Shown one piece after another: positions 1 to 7,138 of a stretch of DNA of 30,598 nucleotides; the stretch's first letter is position 1, and each line of letters opens with the position of its first letter. Origin of the DNA: a virus (lineage: Duplodnaviria > Caudoviricetes); IMG/VR virus record IMGVR_UViG_3300014201_000022, positions 1 to 30,598 of that record. One strand, given 5' to 3'. The translations under genes were made by a program, and so were the position numbers. Below the pieces are notes generated by a model, which saw only the letters and a program-made list of their open reading frames with translations, ran no database searches and had not been told where the DNA came from.

Positions 1-1283
1 CCGCCCGTGCTGACGGCCGGTGCCGGGATCGTGACCGCGGACGTGAGCGCGGACAGTGCCGCCGTCTCCCCGGTGCTCACCGCAGGTGCCGTGACTGACG
101 CGGAGGCCGCCACGGCAGCCGGGCCGGGGGCCGCGCTGACGGCCAGCGCGGTGATCACCTGCGGCGGGATCGCCCTCGCCGGGGCCGGGTACGCCCGCCG
201 GGCGGTGACCACGGCCGCGTTGCCGGCCGCGCTGACCGCAGGCGCCGGAACGGATGCCGACGCGGACACGGCGGCCGGGGCCGGGGTGGCGGGCGGCAGT
301 TTCCCGGGCACGAACCCCGGCACGGCCAGGCCGGGCACCGCGCTGGAGAACGTGGTGACTACCGGGTGAACGGCCGGCGGGGGCGGCGGGGCCGGGATAG
401 CCCACGGGACGGACGGGGTGAACCGGCTTCCGGCCTGCGCGGCGGGCGGCGCGAACTGCCCCGGCACGTCCCACGGGGTGGCCGGCTGGATCTGCGGGGA
501 CGTGACGGACGGGGTGACGGTCCACGGCGGCCACGGGGCGAAGGCCCCCGGGGTGCGGGCGGCGGGAGCCTCGAACTGCTCGGGGGCGGTCAGCGGCGGG
601 ACCGGCTGCGGCGGCGGCGCGTACCCGCTGGCGTTCCAGTGGTTCGTGATCTGCGCGCCGGTCAGCGCGACCGGGTAGACGGCGAACGCGGCCAGGGAGC
701 CGGTGAAGCTCCCGTTGGTCCAGATCGTCCGCCCCTCGCCTGCCACCCAGTAGGCGGTCCAGGAGTAGGGGGAACCCCCGGCGGCGCCGGACGCGGCCTG
801 CGCGCCGTCGACGTACAGGAGCATGTTCCCGCTGGCGTCGCTGGCGGCGACCAGGTAATGCCATTTGCCGTCGTTGCAGGCGGCCGTGCTGTTGACCTGC
901 CCGGTAGTCGCGCTGTTCGTGTACAGCCAGGACGATGCGTTCGCGCCCGAGGTCAGCCCTGCATCCCTGGCTGAGCTGGATCCCGGCGGGTTCTGGGTGC
1001 TGTTGTCGCCGGCGATGAACTGGCTGGAGGCGGTCGTGCTGAACCACAGCTCGATGCTGTAGGCGCCGGACAGCGCCATGGTGGCGTTGGAGTAGACGTA
1101 CGCGCTGCCGCCGAAGCTGGCCGCCGCTGCCTGGAACAGCGGCCCGGCCGCGCCGAGCGTGACGCCGCTGTACGTGCCGCCGAACCCGTTGGGGCTGGCG
1201 TCGGCCGCCGAGGTCCCGGATGCCTCGCTGAGCAGCCACAGGAACGACGGGCTGTCCCCCAGGACGACCGACTCGTAGGACAT
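1..1283 (-). CDS. LamG/concanavalin A-like domain virion protein, 3' end runs off the window
   Basis: Not in the ORF track because it has no stop in the window. ATG at 1283 follows GGGAGGGG. Hand translation gives MSYESVVLGDSPSFLWLLSEASGTSAAD...YSIELWF...NDGKWHYLVA...LLYVDG...FTGSLAAFAVYPVALTGAQITNHW, typical LamG motifs, then a Pro-rich linker and A/V/S/P repeats. Confidence 0.85.
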   Translation of the reverse strand, partial: MSYESVVLGDSPSFLWLLSEASGTSAADASPNGFGGTYSGVTLGAAGPLFQAAAASFGGSAYVYSNATMALSGAYSIELWFSTTASSQFIAGDNSTQNPPGSSSARDAGLTSGANASSWLYTNSATTGQVNSTAACNDGKWHYLVAASDASGNMLLYVDGAQAASGAAGGSPYSWTAYWVAGEGRTIWTNGSFTGSLAAFAVYPVALTGAQITNHWNASGYAPPPQPVPPLTAPEQFEAPAARTPGAFAPWPPWTVTPSVTSPQIQPATPWDVPGQFAPPAAQAGSRFTPSVPWAIPAPPPPPAVHPVVTTFSSAVPGLAVPGFVPGKLPPATPAPAAVSASASVPAPAVSAAGNAAVVTARRAYPAPARAIPPQVITALAVSAAPGPAAVAASASVTAPAVSTGETAALSALTSAVTIPAPAVSTG

Positions 1284-1297
1284 GGCCCCTCCCGGGC

Positions 1298-3367
1298 TTA
1301 CGCGACCCGGAAGAACTCCAGGAACGCCCCGGCCAGTACCTCCACGAAGTCGGCTGCGGTCCCGTTGGTCACCTGGAGCTGGACGGTCCCGGCGGCGGTG
1401 ACGGCCAGCATGCCGTACACCTCCATGTAGGCGCCGGCGGAGGTGGTCAGGGTGGGCGACGCGGCGCTGGCGGTGGTGAACGTCGCGCTGGTCAGCGGGG
1501 CGACAGCGGCGGTCGACACGTTCCACTGCCATGTGACCACGGTCGGCGTCCCGGCGGTCCCGCTGAAGGTGAAGCCGAACGCAGCCGTTCCCGCCGCGCT
1601 GGCGCCCTGGTATGGCAGGTATCCCTGGAGCCGGTACACGCCGGCCGGCAGCGCTAGCGCCATCCCGGTAACGCTCTGCGCGCTGGCGCTGTTTGCACTG
1701 GTAAATGTGGACGACAGATAGGCGACGCTGTTGAAGATGAACTGGCCGTTGTAGGTCAGGTTGTTGGTGGACCCGGCGATGGCCGTCGAGTCCGGTGTCA
1801 TGCCGTGCGTCCCGGACTCGGTGCCGTCGCTGGAGATGATGATGTTGTTCTTCGAGGCCCCGTTGATGATCCGCAGCCCGTAGGCCAGTGTCGCCGTCAT
1901 GGTGCCGACGCCGAGCGCGGCGTTGCAGCCGGTGCACCCGTCCAGTACGACCGAGGAGATGTAGGGGGACGGGTTGGAGGTGTTCGGGTAGTTCGGCTGC
2001 GCGGACCCGCCCGCGAACGTGACGGTGTTGCAGCCGTGCACGTAGTAGCTGTTGTTGGTGTCCTCCTGGCTGTCGCACCCGGCCCAGTTGTGGTCGGAGC
2101 AGTTGGAGTCCCAGTACCACCCGTTCCCCCACGCCTGCGGGGAGGTGGGCCCGGTCGGGGTGTTGGAGGAGGTCACCTGCGTCCAGTGCGTCGCGTCGGA
2201 GGACGGGACGGTGGCGGAGGTGACCGCCAGGATGCACCAGTACAGCGCGCTGCCGTAGAAGACGACGTTGCCGGGGGCGTAGGCCTGCCCGGACACCCAG
2301 ACGGCCCCGTTGCCGTTGTTGTAGGACTTGTTCCCGGCGCCGTTCTGGGAGCCGTGGTTGAAGTAGAACCCGGCGCAGTCGTTGAACCCCGCCCAGCAGC
2401 CGGTCATCGACGTGTCGTAGGACGGCGAGAACCCGTTCCCGTTGTTGGCGATGGCCGCGATGTTGATCAGCGAGGCGGCAGACCGGCCGGCGTGGTAGAA
2501 GCCGTCCCCGGTGCACGCCGTGATGATCAGGTCCCGCCAGGTGTGCGTGGTGTCGAACTGCGGGTCGGACCCGGCGGCGGTGTTCAGCGGGTTAGTCGTG
2601 ACGTTGATCCCGTGGTTGTAGCCCAGGGTGGTGGTGTACCAGGCGTTGCCGTGCAGGCACAGGTCCCGCGCGCCGCCGAAGAACGCATTGGCCAGCTGCC
2701 CGGCGGTCAGGCCGTACGACGGGGCGGTGACCGCCAGGACGGCGGCCTGCGCGGCGGAGTTGTAGGTCATGGTCTGGATCATGTCGGCGGCCACCCCCGA
2801 AGCGGTCGACATGACGATGATGGTGGTGAACGGCCCCGCGCCCCGCAGGGTGACGCCGGTCGGGATGATCAGCGTGTTGCTGATCAGGTATTTCCCGGCG
2901 GGCAGGTAGACGATGCCGCCCGCGCCGTACCAGGTGCCGCCGGCGGTCCCGAAGCTCAGCAGCGCCAGCTGGATCGCCGACGTGGCGTCGGCGCCCCCGG
3001 TCGGGTCGGCCCCGTACTGGGTGACGGCGTTCACCCAGTCGGTGGTCTTCAGCTGGGCGAGGTCCCCGGCGCTGGCGACATTCTCGAACGTCGCCCCGGC
3101 CGCGTGAGCGACCGGGGCGGTGCCCCACGCGCCCCGGGTCACCGTGAACGTCAGGCTGCTGATATTGGTGACCAGGATGTACTCGGCCGGCTGCAGCGGG
3201 TCGGCGATGGTGCACTGTCCCGGGGGCGTCCCGGCGGAGCTGACGGCCGGGAACCCCGAGGCGCTGGCCATGGTCCACGTCTCGACCGTCCCGGCAGCCG
3301 GCGACGTCGTGCCGGACGTGCCCGACGTGACAGCGGAGGCGTTATTCCCGAACTGGGCCGAGGGCAC
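1298..3367 (-). CDS. Tailspike/depolymerase-like protein with pectate-lyase-type beta-helix (about 689 aa)
   Basis: VNAVTQYGADPTGGADATSAIQLAL...GGIVYLPAGKYLIS..LIIPTGVTLRGAG is the usual beta-helix N-cap, followed by N/G-rich rungs. Start moved to GTG at 3367 because the track's 4249 start overlaps two better genes. Confidence 0.85.
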   Translation of the reverse strand: MPSAQFGNNASAVTSGTSGTTSPAAGTVETWTMASASGFPAVSSAGTPPGQCTIADPLQPAEYILVTNISSLTFTVTRGAWGTAPVAHAAGATFENVASAGDLAQLKTTDWVNAVTQYGADPTGGADATSAIQLALLSFGTAGGTWYGAGGIVYLPAGKYLISNTLIIPTGVTLRGAGPFTTIIVMSTASGVAADMIQTMTYNSAAQAAVLAVTAPSYGLTAGQLANAFFGGARDLCLHGNAWYTTTLGYNHGINVTTNPLNTAAGSDPQFDTTHTWRDLIITACTGDGFYHAGRSAASLINIAAIANNGNGFSPSYDTSMTGCWAGFNDCAGFYFNHGSQNGAGNKSYNNGNGAVWVSGQAYAPGNVVFYGSALYWCILAVTSATVPSSDATHWTQVTSSNTPTGPTSPQAWGNGWYWDSNCSDHNWAGCDSQEDTNNSYYVHGCNTVTFAGGSAQPNYPNTSNPSPYISSVVLDGCTGCNAALGVGTMTATLAYGLRIINGASKNNIIISSDGTESGTHGMTPDSTAIAGSTNNLTYNGQFIFNSVAYLSSTFTSANSASAQSVTGMALALPAGVYRLQGYLPYQGASAAGTAAFGFTFSGTAGTPTVVTWQWNVSTAAVAPLTSATFTTASAASPTLTTSAGAYMEVYGMLAVTAAGTVQLQVTNGTAADFVEVLAGAFLEFFRVA

Positions 3368-3375
3368 GGCCCCGC

Positions 3376-3933
3376 TTACCCGATCAGCTCGACGTCGAGA
3401 TGCTGGCAGGTGATCGACGTGGTGGTCACCGAGGGGGTCGCGCCGATCATCAGGTTGTTGGGCGTCGAGGTGGGGATGGAGACCGTCTTGGCCGCGTCGG
3501 TGGTGGGGATGATGTAGTCGGCCTGGTAGGCGGTCAGCGACGCGGGCATCCGCAGCTTCCCCGCCCCCTTGATGGACCCCGTGGACCCGCCGGCGGTGGT
3601 GGACAGCCCCCGGACCTCGCCCTCCCATTCCAGCTCCCACGTCGCGGAGGTCAGCACGATCGGCGTCACGGCGGTGGACACCCCCAGCGCGATGCCGGAG
3701 GAGATCGCCGACCCGATCGGCGTCCAGTACACGCCCACGGTCAGCGTCCCGGCCACCGTGGTGGTGGTGACGCCCCACGCGGTGACGTGCACCCGGGTGC
3801 CGATCTCCAGGATGGCCGGCACGGTGACCGGCGGCACCGGGGACAGGTCCCCCAGCGATGCGGTAGCCCACGCGGAGCCGTCTGAGTAGCCGAGCGGCGG
3901 TACCGGCGCCCGCCAGTACGTCCGTGCGCCCAT
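3376..3933 (-). CDS. Putative minor tail/virion protein (185 aa)
   Basis: AGGAG RBS upstream; T/V/G-rich beta-type composition; packed in the tail operon. Confidence 0.7.
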   Translation of the reverse strand: MGARTYWRAPVPPLGYSDGSAWATASLGDLSPVPPVTVPAILEIGTRVHVTAWGVTTTTVAGTLTVGVYWTPIGSAISSGIALGVSTAVTPIVLTSATWELEWEGEVRGLSTTAGGSTGSIKGAGKLRMPASLTAYQADYIIPTTDAAKTVSIPTSTPNNLMIGATPSVTTTSITCQHLDVELIG

Positions 3934-3942
3934 GACAGTCTC

Positions 3943-4446
3943 CTACGTGTTCGCGGCGCAGTTGATGGTGGCCACCACCAGCCCGGACCAGGTGACCGCG
4001 AACGTCCCCGCCACCGTCGAGTACCCGGTGCCGCCGAAGTAGATCCCCAGCCACTTGTACAGGTGGGACGCGGTGGTGGAGTAGAAGTACATGCCGTACG
4101 CGCCGGTCAGCGTCGTGGTGGCGACGGACAGGTTGGCCCCCACGTTGTAGGACAGCAGCACCGGGCTGGTGCCGGTCACGGTCAGGGTCGGCGCCAGCGA
4201 CGTGGCCCCCGCCGCCGCCGCGGAGATGGCGACCCCGCCGGCCGCCCACCCGGTGCCGGACACCTCGTACGTGGCGACGTAGATGTTGCCGGTCCCGCCG
4301 AGCGCCGCGGCGTACAGGGTGCTGTCAGAGTTGGACGTCAGGAACACGTTGTTGGTGGTCGTGTTCCAGGCGGCCAGGTTGGACCCGGCACCGGACAGCG
4401 AGTTGATGATGGTGGCGGGATACAGCCCGCTGTTAGCCCATGCCAT
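3943..4446 (-). CDS. Putative minor tail protein (167 aa)
   Basis: Motifs YEVSGTGWAAGG and GTFAVTW resemble small tail-tip proteins common in phages; operon context. Confidence 0.7.
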   Translation of the reverse strand: MAWANSGLYPATIINSLSGAGSNLAAWNTTTNNVFLTSNSDSTLYAAALGGTGNIYVATYEVSGTGWAAGGVAISAAAAGATSLAPTLTVTGTSPVLLSYNVGANLSVATTTLTGAYGMYFYSTTASHLYKWLGIYFGGTGYSTVAGTFAVTWSGLVVATINCAANT

Positions 4447-4450
4447 TTGG

Positions 4451-4696
4451 TCAGCCCATTTCCCCGCGGACCGTCTCCGCGTTGATGCCGACGTCCTGGC
4501 GCTCCGACAGGCCCGACCCTGCCTTCCCGTGCTCGGTGACGTCGTTGCCGAGCTCGTCCCGCGTGGTCTTGTACGGCAGCCCCGACTCGGGGTGCTCCCG
4601 GCCGCTGGTGCTCCTGCTCATGGTCCGGCCGCCCTTCAGGTGCCCGATGCTGCGGAGCTTGTCCAGGTCGAACCCCGGCTCGCCGGTCAGGCTCAT
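4451..4696 (-). CDS. Hypothetical protein (81 aa, MSLTGEPGFDLDKL...)
   Basis: ATGA overlap with the upstream stop at 4693-4695; fills the gap between neighbours. This is the C-terminal part of track ORF 4451..5212. Confidence 0.65.
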   Translation of the reverse strand: MSLTGEPGFDLDKLRSIGHLKGGRTMSRSTSGREHPESGLPYKTTRDELGNDVTEHGKAGSGLSERQDVGINAETVRGEMG

Positions 4697-5151
4697 TCCG
4701 CCACCTTGACGTAAATGTCGAAAACGGTATTGACCGCGCTGATCTGGTAGACGACGAACGGGTAGTTGCTCGCGCCGCCCCACATCTGCCACTCCCCCGG
4801 CAGCCACGTCCAGATGATCCCGGCCCCCGCCACCGCCTGCAGCGGCGCCCGCCTGGTGTACGTCGACGCGATCGTCGGGTACGTGGCGTACGTCGGGTAG
4901 ACGATCGTTCCGCCCGCCCCGCCGTTCTGGGAGTTGACCACCGTCACCCCGCCGGACGGCGTGGTCCCCGTCGTGGTGCCCCACGCCAGCCCGATCTCCG
5001 CCGCCGCGCCGGACACGTTGAAGATCCCGATCTCCCGCAGCTCGGGCATGCCCACGGTGGCGGACAGGGCGGCCGGCTGGATCGCGCAGATCACGCTGGC
5101 AGCGGACCCGGAGGTGGTCTTGGTGACCGCGGCCTCGCCGACGCCGATCAT
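4693..5151 (-). CDS. Hypothetical virion protein (152 aa)
   Basis: ATG directly abuts the upstream TAG; protein-like composition; tail operon context. Confidence 0.7.
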   Translation of the reverse strand: MIGVGEAAVTKTTSGSAASVICAIQPAALSATVGMPELREIGIFNVSGAAAEIGLAWGTTTGTTPSGGVTVVNSQNGGAGGTIVYPTYATYPTIASTYTRRAPLQAVAGAGIIWTWLPGEWQMWGGASNYPFVVYQISAVNTVFDIYVKVAE

Positions 5152-5859
5152 CTAGCCCACCGTCCCCGCGCCCGTCGGCGTGCCGAAGCTTATGGTCTGC
5201 GTAGCTGTCCACGTTTGTCCCGAAGCCTTGGTCCCCTGGGCGGAGACACCCCGGTTGAACAGCAGGAACCCGCCAGCCAGGCCGTTAAGGTACACGCCGG
5301 ACGCGCTGCCGTTATCGGTCCCGAACTCAGCCCATGCGAAGTTCGCGACGCCTGTCCCGAAGCTGGCCGAGAAGACGAGCGTCGGCGGCGTACTGCCGGT
5401 GGAGATGACCGGGGCACCCGACACGAGCTGGTAGTAGCTGGTGGTGGACGCGGAGCCCGTGTCGCCCTGCAGGTAGGTCTGGGTGTAGGCCGCCGCGGTG
5501 CTGCTGGTGCCGACCCCGATGCGCCCGTTCGTCGCCGAGAACTTGGTGCCCATCGTGGTCCCGGCGACCCCGCCGAGCAGCCATACCCAGCCCTGCTGGA
5601 CGATCATGTTGCAGTCGTGCTCGGTCGTCTCGCTGTAGGGCCTGACGCCGTACTGGCCGAAGTGCAGCGGGGTGAACGCGAAGTCCGCCCGGTCCGGGAG
5701 CCCGCCCCAGTCCCGCTCGTACTTCCGCGCGATCCATTCCGTCTGCTCGGCGTCCCAGCGCTGCACGCTCAGCGACGTCTGGACGGTGGCCGTCTCCCGC
5801 AGCGGCGAGTGCACGCCGACACTGAACCGGTCGGCGGCCCCCTCGGGGTGTCCCGTCAT
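5152..5859 (-). CDS. Minor tail protein, tail-fibre N-terminal/collar-like (235 aa)
   Basis: IGVGTSSTAA..QTYLQG...FSASFGTGVANFAWAEFG...FNRGV...GTKASGQTW pattern is typical of phage tail proteins. ATG at 5859 follows a GAAGGGA RBS. Confidence 0.75.
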   Translation of the reverse strand: MTGHPEGAADRFSVGVHSPLRETATVQTSLSVQRWDAEQTEWIARKYERDWGGLPDRADFAFTPLHFGQYGVRPYSETTEHDCNMIVQQGWVWLLGGVAGTTMGTKFSATNGRIGVGTSSTAAAYTQTYLQGDTGSASTTSYYQLVSGAPVISTGSTPPTLVFSASFGTGVANFAWAEFGTDNGSASGVYLNGLAGGFLLFNRGVSAQGTKASGQTWTATQTISFGTPTGAGTVG

Positions 5860-5866
5860 GCGGCGT

Positions 5867-5891
5867 CCCTTCACCGGGCGGCTGTGAAGGG
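5867..5891 (-). promoter_or_regulatory. Hairpin covering the RBS of the 5152..5859 gene
   Basis: Perfect 8-bp inverted repeat CCCTTCAC-N9-GTGAAGGG; on the minus strand the 3' arm contains the GAAGGG RBS. Confidence 0.55.
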
Positions 5892-5933
5892 TGCGCGCCA
5901 GGCTCAGCGGGGCCTTTCCGGCACCCTGGCCTC

Positions 5934-5980
5934 ATCCTAGTCCCGTGCACGTTCGTTTGGCGTTTGCAGATGCACATGCA
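5934..5980 (-). promoter_or_regulatory. Putative promoter for the distal tail genes with TGCA-repeat upstream element
   Basis: Minus strand reads TGCATGTGCATCTGC-N16-TGCACG-GGAC-TAGGAT (-10-like); near-identical motif at 30554-30587. Confidence 0.55.
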
Positions 5981-6047
5981 TTCTGGTCGGCGGGCATCGG
6001 GGAAGGGCCGCGGACAGGCGGGATCAGCCCGGCAAGCGCTGGCAGGC

Positions 6048-6056
6048 TGGTAGAAT
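6048..6056 (+). promoter_or_regulatory. Extended -10 promoter (TGG-TAGAAT) for the endonuclease gene
   Basis: TGnTAGAAT about 85 nt upstream of ATG 6140, in an intergenic gap; no recognisable -35. Confidence 0.55.
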
Positions 6057-6070
6057 AGCCGTACGAATAG

Positions 6071-6138
6071 GGCTCCGGCACCTGCGCTTCCCGGCTACAG
6101 GCACCGGAGCTTCCATCGACCTGATGAGAGCAGGCCGA
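6071..6138 (+). promoter_or_regulatory. Two-hairpin 5' leader of the endonuclease gene
   Basis: GCTCCGG (6072-6078) pairs with CCGGAGC (6104-6110), with inner CCTG/CAGG. TCGACCTG (6116-6123) pairs with CAGGCCGA (6131-6138, one mismatch), enclosing the purine-rich RBS region next to the ATG. Confidence 0.5.
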
Positions 6139-6139
6139 C

Positions 6140-7138
6140 ATGGCTAAGGCTATAGACATGCCGCCCGGCACCGTCTTCGGTCAGCTCACGGTGATCAAGG
6201 AGACCCGGTTGCCCGACGGCCGACGGGCAATGCTGTGCCACTGCGGCTGCGGCAAGATGAAGGATGTCTCCACCGGCTCCCTCCTTAACGGCAGCGCGAA
6301 GTCGTGCGGCTGCGGCAACATGGGGGCAGTCGTCCCCCCCGGTACTGTCTTCGGGCGGTGGACGGTGATTGAGGAAGCCCCTGCGGCGATCGGCAGGCGC
6401 GCGATGCTCTGCGAGTGCGAGTGCGGGACGCGAAAAATCGTCCAACTGCACACCCTGCGTAAAGGTCTCTCGAAGTCGTGCGGATGTTTGCGCAAATCGC
6501 CTGACTGGCGCCCGCCCAACTTCAGGGACATGACTGGCGAGAGATTCGGCAGGCTGGTTGTCATCCGGTGCATCGGGAGCCGTACCGGCAAGCCTCGCGC
6601 GAACAGCAGGCCGGATGTAGCCATGGACTGGCTGTGCATCTGCGACTGCGGGAAGGAGAAGGTCATCACTACCGGCGCGCTCCGCAGCGGCGGCACCATA
6701 AGCTGCGGGTGCGCCAGGCGCGTGCCGCGCGGGGACCACTGCTTGTTTCGCGCCCTCCCGGCCGGTCGCGCCGCCCGGAACAGGGTTCTCAAGGGTTACC
6801 GGGGAGGTGCCTATTCCCGGGACCTTGCCTGGGACCTGACCGAGGAAGAGTTCGACAGGCTCATCACCCAGGACTGCGCCTACTGCGGCTGCCCGCCGAG
6901 CATGGTTGAGAAGGGGTCGGGCGCCCGGAGTGGCGACTTCATCCACGGTGGCATCGACCGGGTGGACAACGCGCAGGGCTATGTCATGGGCAACGTAGTT
7001 CCGTGCTGCCGGATCTGCAACCGCGCCAAGATGTCGATGTCGCACGCCGAGTTCCTGGCATGGATCGGGCGGCTTGCGAGTTTCCGTGCTAAGCGCCGCA
7101 AGCCGGGTAAGGACTCGCAGGCGACGGCCCTGTTCTAG
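6140..7138 (+). CDS. Free-standing His-Me finger/HNH-type (homing) endonuclease with three Cys-rich N-terminal repeats
   Basis: Three GxxFGxxxVI...LCxCxCG...V/I...L..G...SCGC repeats, then CAYCG...GIDRVDNAQGYVMGNVVPCCRICNRAK. Opposite orientation to all other genes; stop overlaps the convergent gene at CTAG 7135-7138. Confidence 0.85.
   Translation: MAKAIDMPPGTVFGQLTVIKETRLPDGRRAMLCHCGCGKMKDVSTGSLLNGSAKSCGCGNMGAVVPPGTVFGRWTVIEEAPAAIGRRAMLCECECGTRKIVQLHTLRKGLSKSCGCLRKSPDWRPPNFRDMTGERFGRLVVIRCIGSRTGKPRANSRPDVAMDWLCICDCGKEKVITTGALRSGGTISCGCARRVPRGDHCLFRALPAGRAARNRVLKGYRGGAYSRDLAWDLTEEEFDRLITQDCAYCGCPPSMVEKGSGARSGDFIHGGIDRVDNAQGYVMGNVVPCCRICNRAKMSMSHAEFLAWIGRLASFRAKRRKPGKDSQATALF

Noticed and set aside
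3368-4249. N-terminal extension of the tailspike in the ORF track (983 aa)
   Set aside because: Overlaps two better genes and reads as off-frame Arg/His-rich sequence; the protein-like part begins near 3367.
6071-6138. tRNA or known riboswitch in the endonuclease leader
   Set aside because: No cloverleaf, T-loop or recognisable aptamer consensus; kept only as a generic structured leader.
6095-7045. 316-aa and 203-aa minus-strand ORFs that would keep the operon co-directional
   Set aside because: The plus-strand frame has clear repeated Cys motifs and a nuclease signature; the minus-strand frames have none.
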